DNA of 64,000 nucleotides from Cetorhinus maximus (lineage: Eukaryota), in NCBI RefSeq assembly GCF_964194155.1, contig NC_135893.1:22506001-22570000 (forward strand). Reading direction: 5' to 3'. This document shows, one piece after another, positions 25,490-36,363 of this stretch (its first letter is position 1; each line of letters opens with the position of its first letter). The notes under the pieces are model-generated. The model did no database searches. It saw only the letters and a list, made by a program, of their open reading frames with translations, and had not been told where the DNA came from. A program made the translations under genes and the position numbers.

Positions 25490-25810
25490 ATGTCGGTGCG
25501 ACGGCTCCTGGCCCGCGGCTTCGAGCTCAGCCGCTCGGCCTTGCGCCTCGTCGCCCCCGCGGCCAGGGCCAAGGGCAGCGCGGCCTTTGGGCGGCCCGGG
25601 GTCCAGCAGTCGCTGCGGGCCGCCCTACCCGCCCGTTACCGCTATTTCCGCCTGTCCGTGGGCGGCCTGGCGGTTCAGCTCCAGCGCCGAGCGTCCCGGC
25701 AGCTCCCCGGGCCTGGCGGGGCCTTGCTGGCCTTCGGCCTGGGGCTAGGCTTCGTTGAGCAGCAGGTAGAGGAGGTGAGGATGGGGATTGCTGCCTGCGA
25801 GGACATCCAG
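25490..25810 (+). CDS. PINK1: PINK1 exon 1 (mitochondrial targeting sequence, TM segment LAFGLGLG)
   Basis: Arg-rich N-terminus; FRLSVGGLA and LAFGLGLG (PARL site A|F); ACEDIQ then gtaaaa donor. Confidence 0.95.
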
Positions 25811-25872
25811 GTAAAAAAAAACAAAACAAATGTTGGTTCAGGCAACTTCTGAATAGACAGACTAACGTTTCA

Positions 25873-26030
25873 GGGCTGAATTTTCATCTTGCTGCTCTGG
25901 CGTAAAACTGGCGTTGCCCAATCGTTGCCAGATGTTCAATGGGGATGAGTTCAATTTAGGTGAAAATCGTGCGGGAAGCCAATTCCTAACGCTAGTTTTA
26001 GGCCCAAATAGCAAGTTGATAATCCACCCC
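25873..26030. mobile_element. MITE with ~43-bp imperfect terminal inverted repeats (Harbinger-like GGG ends)
   Basis: gggctgaattttcatcttgctgctctggcgtaaaactggcgtt versus reverse complement of the right end ggggtggattatcaacttgctatttgggcctaaaactagcgtt. Confidence 0.75.
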
Positions 26031-26544
26031 TCTAAAGTTTTGATTTGTGCCAACTGGCAATCAGCTGATGTTTGAGCTGATCAAACTGCTAATTTGGAAG
26101 TCAGGAAGCCTTGACTCTGCTAACTTGCCTTTAAACTCTGATTTGATAGCCCAGGCTCATGAATAAGCAATCACTTGAGCAAGATATTGGTAGAAGCCTG
26201 TGCAACCCTATCCTAATGTGTATTGGTTTAATCAAAAAGAGCATATCCTAATGTGTCAATTAGAGGCCTGGCAAATTAATGGTGTTACCCATTCGTTATA
26301 CTTGCACTTGTTACAGACTTTACGTGAGCTTTTGCAATAGAACTTGTGGCGGTTGGAAATCCAAACAATACATTGCCTCCTGTAGAGGATCTGGGAACTG
26401 TGTGAACAGGGCAAGTAACCATACCTTAGTCAGATTGAAGAATCCTTACTGAGATATGCAGAGTCTGAACCAGGAAGTGTAAGTTAGAATATTGAATTCA
26501 TTGACAAGTCATGTATAGAAATTGAAAGATGAGAGTAACATCTT

Positions 26545-26882
26545 ATGAATTCACCAAGGCTCCTTCGACAGCACCTTCCAAACCCATGACCACTGCCATC
26601 TAGAAGGACAAGGGCAGCAGTTAGATGGGAACACCACCATCTGGAAGTTCCCCTCCAAGCCGCTCACTATCCTGACTTGGAAATATATCGCCATTCCTTC
26701 ACAGTCACTGAGTCAAAATCCTGGGACTCCCTTCTTAACAGCACTGTGGGTGTACCTAGACCACATGGACTGCAGCTGTTCAAGAAGGCAAGCTCACCAC
26801 CACCTTCTCGAGGGCAGTTAGGGATGGGCAATAAATGGTGGCCTAGCCGACGATGCCCACATCCCATGAATGAATAAAAAAT
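26545..26882 (+). mobile_element. 3' fragment of the same LINE family
   Basis: Matches 59640-59965; ends cacatcccatgaatgaataaaaa. Confidence 0.88.
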
Positions 26883-27886
26883 TAGGCAGAAAGAAATAGT
26901 AAAACAAATACTCAAAAAAATGTGGCTATAATTAAAATCTGAAGGAATGAGACTTCACACTTATGTAAGTTAATTTTTAGTGCCAGAGGCTGTTTGGTAG
27001 TAATTAAAACTTATCATGCCATTATCACTTAGGCTGGAATGGACAAGCCCTAAGTTTTTCTTGCATATGTTATTTAAGTACCCCAACTTCAAACCCTTCT
27101 GCATATTTCAATGCCGATCTCTCAGCGAGGTACTGTTATAGCACAGCAACCCAGAAGGCAGCTTCCTGATTTTCCCATTTTACTGCGCATGCATGACTAC
27201 TGGACATGCCCTCAATGTTATTTTTACTACAAAATCCAGGCCATTGTTCTCAGGGGAGATGAGGAATTTTCCTGAGTTTAATATATATAATCAGTCATTA
27301 TTTAAGATGGATAATGGTGAATGTAAACCAATACCACAGCAGAGATTAAATTTTGGGGGAGTAGGAACCATTTTCCTACTCCCCAAAATAAAACTTCACT
27401 GAGCAACAAAGTGATTTAATAGCATAAGTTCTATCCCATCAGTGACCATTGATTTGATTTGCTTGATGTGATTCACTCCCTACTCTGGTGAAGCACTAAA
27501 AGCCTTCAGCTTCATCATTATGAAATTTAGGAATTTTTCACAGTTTCAGTCTTGCTAGCTTCCTGATTATCTGGGATGTTGGATCTGACAATGAAACCAT
27601 GGCATCTTAATTTCCTAGAATAGCCTGGAGAACTTGCCCTGTTGACCGGTGGGCAGGAATTTAGTAGATTAGTAAGAGTGCTAATGGCAGGGCTAAATTT
27701 TTTAGCAGTTCTACTCATAAAGCTGAATAAAGATTTGCAGTTCATTCAAAACTAACTGTACTTGATAAAAGTTCTAATATCCATAAATGTGTGCTCATTG
27801 GTAAATTTTGGTTAGTCACTGAATGCTATTTCTCCCCTCACTTGCATCTTCATAAATGTAATTGTTCTATTATTTCCATTTGCCAG

Positions 27887-28588
27887 ACATTGTTTAAAAG
27901 TAAGAAAATTAAATATGAAAACTCCATACCTTTGTGCACCCGTGGATATCGGTTTGAAGATTACAAGATTGGATACCACATTGGAAAGGGGTGTAATGCA
28001 GCTGTGTACAAGGCGTTTATCCCTGGACTGGTCAACCCAAAGGCAAGCAATACGATCACAACAAAGCAGACAGTCCAAGAGGGTCGTGGGGAGGGAAAGA
28101 CTGAACCCAGTGTAAAGGATGTCTTCAGTGAGAATTCCGAAATAAGAAAGAGCACAATGATTACAGAGGAAACATCAAGTTTAAGTTTTACGATTTTGAA
28201 GAGCGAACCATCAACTGACCCTGATCCACTGAGTGTGTCTGAAGGAGACATCAGCTACCTACTGGGTGCTTCCGAAGGAGACATCAGTCACCCACTGGGT
28301 GCTTCCGAAGGAGACATCAGCTACCTACTGGATGCTCCCGAGGGAGATATCAGCTACCCACTGGGTGCTTCTGAAGGAGACATCAGCCACCCACTAGGTG
28401 CTTCCGAGGGAGATATCAGCTACCTACTGGATTCTTCCGAGGGAGATATCAGCTACCCACTGGGTGCTTCTGAAGGAGACGTCAGCTACCCACTGGGTGC
28501 TTCCGAAGGAGACATCGGCTACCCACAGGGTGCTTCCATGGGAGACATCAGCTACCCACTGGCTCTAAAAATGCTTTGGAACATAAAA
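27887..28588 (+). CDS. PINK1: PINK1 exon 2 (Gly-rich loop IGKGCNAAVY, expanded insertion 1, beta3 YPLALKMLWN)
   Basis: ttgccag acceptor and gtaagt donor; 702 nt, open frame, phase 0 at both ends. Confidence 0.93.
28238..28567 (+). repeat. Coding minisatellite, 10 x 33 bp (consensus SEGDISYPLGA)
   Basis: Direct tandem copies of tc(c/t)ga(a/g)ggaga(c/t)atcagctacccactgggtgct with no indels. Confidence 0.97.
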
Positions 28589-28639
28589 GTAAGTTACGTA
28601 CAGTGAAAGTTTGTTGCTTGAGCCTGGATCGAAAATGAC

Positions 28640-28950
28640 CAAACAGGTCTAGGCAGTGGGTGGTGAGGGGGTCATTCAACCTGACTGTCTGCCTCTCTTC
28701 TGTGGTTACGTTCGTATCCAGGTGTCCTTGGAGAAGGAGCAGGTGGTATCTACCGGTGTGCTTGAGGCTTTCTGCCCACCCCAGTGGGTGCCGCAGGGGC
28801 TGGAATACATTGTCTCCCCTCAAAATATTATTTTAATTTAATTAAATAAGTTGCCTCTAAAGATTTGTTTTTTGTTACGGTGCCCCTTTAAGGGGCTGTC
28901 AATCTGTTCATTAGTTTGTTAATTTGTTTATTTAATTTTAAAAGAGTATA
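28640..28950 (+). mobile_element. Tx1/L1-clade LINE ORF2 C-terminal fragment and 3' end
   Basis: PDCLPLFCGYVRIQVSLEKEQVVSTGVLEAF..W.PQGLEYIV, followed by an AT-rich tail. Confidence 0.6.
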
Positions 28951-29895
28951 CTAGGGTATTTGGCATACAGCTTGAATGGGCATATAATGAATATTTTGAA
29001 GGCTGTACTCTGAATTTAACATACTTCACTCTCCACCTATTTGTAAAAAGAAAGTCATAATTTTTTAATGTAATATTTTTCCTGTTTTAGAAAGGGCACA
29101 ATTGCTTGATTAACAATGTAATTAATTCCCTAACAATAACAGTGTAACATCAGGAAAGTAAAATTATGTATGAAAAACATTTGCAGTGGATGAATATACC
29201 AGAATTAAACTTGTCTGGTGTGCAGCCTGTGGAGGATTTAAAATTTGTCACTGCTCTGGTGGTAACACTTTCCAAATCATGGTGAGGTGGATCATCAAGG
29301 AATAATCAACTCTTTGCAGGTAAATAGGTGGCTGTGCAGGTACATTTGAATTGTGTTTCTCTATCATGTTTAAGCCTCTCTGTTTCCTAAGCCATGAAGA
29401 ACTGCCATTTTGATTTCCCCTTGCATCAAAATGTTGCTCAGCATGGGAGGAGCGCTACAGATCAATTTGGGAATTAGCACCTTGGATCTGCCTGAATTGT
29501 GACCCAGCCTAGAAAAGCTAACACTAGCTGTTTTCTGTGCCATCAGCACCAAATTTATGACATGTCTGAGTTTTTAGCTGATGGGTTTGACTGGATCACA
29601 TTACTTAACATGCAAGACTGTTGTTGATGTGCTTCTTTTCTTGGGTAAAATGACATGAACTTGAGAAAATAAGGCTGAATTGAAGGGAACTTTATCGTTA
29701 ACATTTTGTGGATCCCTGAGACAGAGATCATGGTTTTCACTGTCTCCTCCACCTCCCATTTTAAACTTGCTACTTCTGCTGTAAAGTGAAAAATGAAAAT
29801 ACTTGAGGCAAAAAGTATTTTAAAGCAAACGCTCGTTTTTAGCACATTAAGCCTCATGGAATTAATTGCCTTGATGCTTGAACTTTTCATTGCAG

Positions 29896-29993
29896 GCGGG
29901 GTCCTCCACTGATGCAATCCTGTCAGCAATGGGCAAGGAGCTGGTTCCAACCATCCCCAACGCTTTAACCAGAGAGTTTGACAGAACCAAAGG
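29896..29993 (+). CDS. PINK1: PINK1 exon 3 (AGSSTDAILSAMGKELVP...)
   Basis: ttgcag acceptor and gttagt donor; AGSS includes the Ser228-equivalent autophosphorylation site. Confidence 0.95.
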
Positions 29994-30329
29994 GTTAGTT
30001 ACACACACGCAGCACCTATATTAGCAACCCTTGCCTCATTGGTATGAATGTGATAGGATAAGTGATTGCAGATATAGTACAGTTGGTTAAATACATTTGC
30101 TTGCAGGTGGATTTTTGTTTTGCTTAATATTCTTGTCTATGTAGTTATCATGTATTGTATCCCTACTCAAAGGGCATACAGTTATTAGACCTGTCCAGAT
30201 CAAGCTAATGCAAATGCGGTCAATGGGAGAACTATAAAAATCAGTAATAGGATACAAAAAAAGCAATCAAAACGGCAAAAGGGAGTATGAAAAAAAGAAA
30301 ACTTGTAAGGGACCTTATAGCTAACAACA

Positions 30330-31725
30330 TGAGTTTTAATAAATATACTGAGACAGCACGGTAAACAGGAATTAAACACATTGAATACAGATGGAGGGGA
30401 GATTATAATGGATAACAAGGAAATACCTGTTAAATTAGTACTTTGTATTGTTTTACAGTGGAGGAGGAGGATACATTACACATGGTACAAGGGAGCATAA
30501 AAATAAGTAAAGGGGAGGAACCCATTGGGTTTAATACAAAATAATGGCAATGGAGAAAGTAATGGTTCTGAAGATAAACAGGCGTCCAGAATCTGGTTTC
30601 TACTCCAGGGTGTTAACAGAAATAGGTGAGAAAACTACAACAGTAGTGGGGAAGTTACTGATTACAACATCAGAGACAGGAGTGACTAAGCAATTGGACA
30701 AGTATCAGCTAATGAAAGAGAGTCATAAAATCATAGAATAGTTCAGCAAAGGAGGAGGCGATTCAGACCATCGAGCCAGCTCTTTCGAAGAACAATTCAG
30801 AAAGGTTCATTCCCCGTTTAGCTGCCCGTGTACACACACCACTAAAGCTAGCGCAGGGGTACAAAAAGTAACCAACAAGGCGAATGATATGTGGGCCTTT
30901 ATCTCAAGGTGCTTAAATTCAAAAGTGAGGAATTGATGCTTAAATTGTACAGAGCCTTGATCATACCCAATATGATGCACTGTGTTCAGTTTTGGGCCAC
31001 CAGACCTCAGGAATGATATATTGACTTTGGAAGGGGTACAACGCAGATTGACCAGAATGATACCAGGGCTTAACAGATTACAGTACGAGGACAAGTTACA
31101 TAAACTTAGTTTGGATTCTCTTGAATTTAGAATCCTGAGGTATGATCTAATTGAGCCCTTTAAAATGATAATGGAATAGATACAGAGAAATCATTTTCTC
31201 TGGTGGTGGAACCAGAAAAAGGGGCATAATCTTAAAATTGGAGCTAGGAAAGGTTGGACAGACTGGGCTTGTTTCCACTGGAGTTTAGCAGAGTGAGGGG
31301 TGATTTGTTTGAAGTATACAAGATCCTGAACTGCCTTGACAAGTTGGAGGTGGAAAGGATGTTTCCTCTGGTGGGTGAGTCCAGGGCTAGGGGGCACTGT
31401 TATAAAATTAGGGGTCTCTCATTTAGGACCAAGATGAGAATATTTTTCTCAGAGCTATGCGACTTTGGAACTCTCTGCCTCAGAAGGTGGTGGAGGCGGG
31501 GTCATTGAACATTTTTAAAGCAGAGGTAGATAGAGTCTTGTTAGGCAAGGGAATCAAAGGTTATCGGGGGTAGATGGGAGCGTGGAATTCGAAAACACAA
31601 GCAGATCAGCCGTGATCTTATTGAATGGAAGAGCAGGCTCGAGGGGCTGAATGGCCTACTCCTGTTCAGTGATGAAACTGGCTCATGAGGCTGAAATACC
31701 TACACCTGTTCCTGTGTTTCCTCTG
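30330..31725 (+). mobile_element. CR1 (HER1-like) LINE fragments, two nested copies; other 3' fragments at ~590-800, 14560-14830, 16510-16880, 36500-36730(-), 39250-39595, 53040-53450
   Basis: LEGVQRRLTRMIPGL..YEDKL and DRLGLFPLEFSRVRGDLFEVYKIL; tail gggctgaatggcctactcctgttc. Confidence 0.85.
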
Positions 31726-32006
31726 ACATGAAAGAGTGGCTTTTGATGACTTCCTCTTACCTCACAGTTATAGCCAAGATAAAATTCTGCACCTGTGGCA
31801 TTGAATCTGCCCCTTAATATTGTGGGATAGCTTACTGCTGTGCCAGCTTACAGCACTGCAGCTCCACCAACATATTGAAGTATAACGGCAATTTCAATTA
31901 ACATTGAACATTATCTTATGTGCTACAGCCAGGGACAACAAGACACAGATTATGTGAATTTTCCTCCTGAATTATTCTTATAGCTTGTCCCTATAACTTT
32001 GATCAG

Positions 32007-32189
32007 ACCCTACAGTCATAACAGAAAGAAGATGAAACCACATCCAAACATCATCCAGATTGTCCGAGCTTTCGTAGACAATGTCCCTCTCTTGCCTGGA
32101 GCTTGGATAGATTACCCTGATGTACTGCCAACCAGATTGAATCCTTGTGGGTTGGGACACAACCGCACCCTCTTTCTAGTGATGAAAAG
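32007..32189 (+). CDS. PINK1: PINK1 exon 4 ([12 protein letters not shown]...[25 protein letters not shown]; insertion 3)
   Basis: 183 nt; gtaagc donor; first of three in-frame acceptors assumed. Confidence 0.93.
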
Positions 32190-32774
32190 GTAAGCAGTTT
32201 AGACCCTGCCAGGTACTATGCGTTCGAGGACCGCAAGCTGAAGAATTAGTCCTGGTCCATCATGTGTTGTGCTTGAGTTTGGACGGGAAGGAAACCTGAA
32301 AGTGGCCATGGTGAAACACGATGTAGATCTCTGAATGGGGTGGAAGAGATTGACTAAATCCTAGATCTTGAACATCTGTTCTATGTATCCAGAGTTAGCC
32401 TACCTCACAATTCATTGATCCCAGATTTATGTTGGTTAAGCAGTATAGCTATTGGCAGGAGTACCAGATTTTTCCATTTAGGATCAGTGTACAGTTACTG
32501 GAAGAGATTCATAACTGTTTTTAATGCCTGTGAGCATTCCCTTTGTACTTTTCGGTAAAACTGGTACAACATGGATAGCTTGTGAACCCCTGACTGGGAA
32601 ATAATCTATATAACATGTTGCAATGTTGGTTGCAGTATTAAACCAAACCTGGTCTGAGGATTCAGGTTATTTAAACGTGTGTGTGTGGGGGTGTGAGAGA
32701 GAGAGAGAGGCTTAGAGGTGTTCTCTCTCAGCCGTGCAACAGTCCATCACGTGCTGCGCACTTACCCAAGGGCA

Positions 32775-33111
32775 TGCCAAGGCAAAGACCTGCTCCCCCA
32801 GAGCTGGTCTCCAGTTCCCTGTTGGCCGCATCCACTGGCTGCTGTGCAAGGGTCACTATGCCGAGCGTGTCGGGGCCGGAGCCAGAGCCGGAGCCTCCAT
32901 TTACCCGGTTGCTGTCCTTGAGTACCTCACCACTGAGATCCTTCAGCTGGCCGGCAACACGGCCCTGCCACCAGCAGCTCGCCATCTGCAATGATGAGGA
33001 GCTCAGCAAGCTGCTAGGAGGGTTCACCATAGCCCAGGATGGAGTCCTGCCCAACAAACAGGCTATGCTACTGCCCAAGAAAACCAGGCACCCCAGCAAG
33101 GTTTATGCCTG
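32775..33111 (+). pseudogene. Histone H2A pseudogene in PINK1 intron 4
   Basis: [45 protein letters not shown], then a deletion/frameshift into [33 protein letters not shown]; duplicated AGA; no canonical N-terminus; no histone stem-loop seen. Confidence 0.93.
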
Positions 33112-35146
33112 AAGGGGTGAGATGAGAAAAAGATTCTGATGGTTAAATGAGGTTTCCTGCAACTTTAGCCCATGAGCAAAGAACTGATAGACTCCCCCAC
33201 GGCAGGAAATGAATGGAGAAGAGCCAAGCCTGACACAATTAATGAGGTGGAATTAACAGCTGAAATTCTTCATGTCGGTTCCTAGAGGCCAAAGCTATCA
33301 TTGGTCCTGATTAATGCGCACCAGCTGATTCCCTGAAACTAAACCGCAAGCCAGTGCCCTCCCGCTCCACACCGTTAGTTGGATTGATCAAATCTCCGGT
33401 TTCTCCCAATCCTTCTCTTTCTCTCCCCGGCTCCATTACCCTGTACAGCAATGAAAACAGTGCTCATTCTCTGCTTCCCTCCCCGACCCTCCTGCTCGCT
33501 GCTTCCCTCTCTGAGCTCTCGCTCACAGTGAGATGGGAGAGGAATGGTGAGTGGGAAAGTCACGGAGGGAAGCAGTGAGTTGAAATAGGCGGCAGGTCAG
33601 GAGTGGTGGCAAGCTGGAGGCAGGGAGCAGCGAACAAGGGCTAAATTGAAAGAGGTACTGAGTTATTTAGAGTTAGAGGATTTTTGGGCCAGTTAATGCC
33701 ACTGACTTAGCCATTCTGCTGCAGCTTGTTTTGTAGAATTATTAAAGAAAGGTTGATCCCAAAGACATTTGACACATTAAAAACACAAGGACATTTCTAG
33801 GGAGTGTGTGAAAAGTTTTGGACTCCTAGCCCTGATCTGCAAATAATAATGCAAAGTTTCTTGTAGCTCTTTCTATTTTGAGCTTGTCAAATTGAAACAA
33901 ATGAGCCATTGCTACCAATTCAACATTTCTTTTGTCACTAAAGTACAAGCTATAATATAAAAGCTAACAAAGCCTCTCCCAAGTATAGTTGTGAGGTGGT
34001 TGTGACATTGAACTTAAAACCTAGAGGTTTTGCCATCGTGGTAAATTTAAGATTGAATTCACTAAATCTGGTAATTTGTGGATTAGCATGTTATTGTATC
34101 AGTGGCTGAGGGTGTGTTCTTCTTCCATACGTATGGTAACTTTTCAAAAATATATATTATAAATAGGTTTTTATTGTTTCTACTGGTGGCATACATCTGC
34201 ACCTCACCTTGATAAAGGTGCACATAACAAAATTAATTCCACACGGATGGAAAAAAAATAGAACGTTATTTGCAACCCTCATACCTTTCATCTGATCCAG
34301 GCAGACCTGCTTTGAATGCACTTCCATCTCTGTGGGAGTTGCCAGAGTGTCTAGAGAGAGAGGGAGGGAGAAAGTGAGGTTATGTTAGGGATTTCTGCAG
34401 TCTCCCCATTAGACCTACAAAATAAACTGTTGGAACTGTAGATTTTTCCTCCTTCCTGTTGGGAAACACTCATCCTCCACTCAGGAAAAGCCAAGGTGAC
34501 ATGTTTGAAATCAGAAACTCACGATGGTGAAGTATGTGCAACATTGAATAGAATGACTTTTGAGCAAGTCATGCTCTAGACTGCAATCAAAACAAAAAGT
34601 CGATTAAACACTGATGGCTCAGCTATTTGTGACAGATTAGGAAGGTCAAACATTCAGTCACTGGTCTGTGCTGCACTGAGTAGTACAACTGGTGTAGCGC
34701 AGGTCCCTCATGGCTCTGTGTTAGAGATCTGATTCTTGATTGTTATCCACTGACCCTTGCTGGAACTCTGAGTGGAGATTGAGTCAGGACAGGATAGTCT
34801 TTGGCTATGTTGTCCCTACAAGTCAGATGCTTGCTGTCTGGCTTCGTTTGGATGAGGTGCCAGAGGTTACTTTGCTACAGGAGGGGTTGTATTGCAACAT
34901 GAGTCAACACCTTTAGCGGGGAAACAGAGAAAATTAATGTGAAAGGAGTAGTGGTGAAAAAAGCACCATTTCAGACAATGGGCATTTTGAACCATGTGAG
35001 GCTGCATGCTGCTATTGGAAGTGTTGCTGCTTTTCAAAAAAAATGGCATGTTGAATAATTTGAAAAACTTTGTAGTCAGCTATTTGATAACACCCTTTTT
35101 GGCAGGACAACATGCAGAGTTGACATTTGTATGTTTTCTGCCCTAG

Positions 35147-35310
35147 CTATCCATGCACCCTGCGCCAGTACCTTCAGGTCTGTATCCCCAACACAAACTG
35201 TGCGACTCTGATGATTCTTCAGTTACTGGAGGGAGTGGATCATCTAGTTCAGCATGGCATTGCACACAGAGACCTGAAGTCTGATAACATCCTGGTGGAG
35301 TTTGATTCAG
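35147..35310 (+). CDS. PINK1: PINK1 exon 5 (catalytic loop [10 protein letters not shown])
   Basis: ccctag acceptor and gtgatt donor; 164 nt. Confidence 0.97.
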
Positions 35311-35821
35311 GTGATTGTACGAATTGAGTGGGAGCAGTCATTAACACTTAGATTTTTTAAAGTTTTACTGACTCTGCATGCACAAAAAATAGTTAGACAT
35401 TCTGGTCATAGCATATCAGTATGATGTAAGAGAAGATTTGTCCACAATTCCAGTCTTGAGCCACAGAATTCCTGTACGGGATAAAGCCCTAGCTCAGTAT
35501 TTACACAATGTATAGTGGTACTCACTTTTGAAGATCATTTTTTTTTGCCTTTTTCTAAAAATATGCAATGAGGTAAATGGAATGGTTTGCAGTCAGTATT
35601 TCACGTAGGACACTGACAGCTTCTCTGCTTCTGTGGCACATCATAAGATTATTTTTCTGCTATATTTTGTAGATTGTTTTTTTTCTTTTTAACCATTTTA
35701 ATTCTATGAAAAATAATTAATTTTCAATTCATAGCACCCTTGCCTCAGTTGTAGAGTTGCTGATTCAAGACCCACTAATAAAGGGTATAAATTTAAGTCT
35801 TTTTTTCTGTGCTTTGTTTAG

Positions 35822-35949
35822 TTGGCTGTCCACGTTTGGTGATCACTGATTTTGGTTGCTGTCTGGCAGAGGAAAGTCTCGGGTTGAGGCTTCCTTTTAC
35901 TAGCATGGATGTCGACCGGGGAGGAAATGGCTGCCTAATGGCTCCTGAG
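35822..35949 (+). CDS. PINK1: PINK1 exon 6 (DFGCCLA...[11 protein letters not shown])
   Basis: tttag acceptor; DFG and APE motifs; inferred GC donor (GAG|gcaggt). Confidence 0.92.
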
Positions 35950-36126
35950 GCAGGTGCACTGGGAAAAATAAGTAAAATCAGGCAGAGCTGCTACTTGTGC
36001 ACAGTTAATGTTTGTAGTGCAACATATTTGTCTGTAACTGCAGTCAGAGTGACTGAACAAGTCAACATTCTTTGACTTATTGGTGCACTATGTCTTAAAT
36101 CTAATCCTTACAACTGTGCTTTCTAG

Positions 36127-36363
36127 ATTTCTGCAGCAGTCCCTGGACCCAGTGTAACTATTGATTACAGCAAATCAGATGCCTGGTCGGTGGGTACCTT
36201 AGCCTATGAGATCCTGGGTCTTCACAATCCATTTTATGGATGTGGAATGGATTACTTGGAGAGCAGGAACTATCAAGAGGATAAGCTGCCACCTCTGCCA
36301 GGCTCTGTTCACAGAGACGTGAGGCTGGTGGTGAAACTTTTGTTGTGCAGAGATCCTAAGAGG
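36127..36363 (+). CDS. PINK1: PINK1 exon 7 (ISAAVPGP...DYSKSDAWSVGTLAYEILGLHNPFY...DPKR)
   Basis: ttctag acceptor and gtgagt donor; 237 nt. Confidence 0.96.

Noticed and set aside
28238-28567. 33-bp repeats as a CRISPR array
   Set aside because: Units are contiguous with no unique spacers and are in frame within a eukaryotic exon
28238-28567. LC3-interacting (LIR) motifs in the PINK1 repeat
   Set aside because: The residue at Tyr+3 is G, D or A, not L/I/V
32681-33112. Functional H2A variant (143-aa ORF)
   Set aside because: Only the C-terminal third is in the H2A frame; the histone fold is broken by a deletion and frameshift
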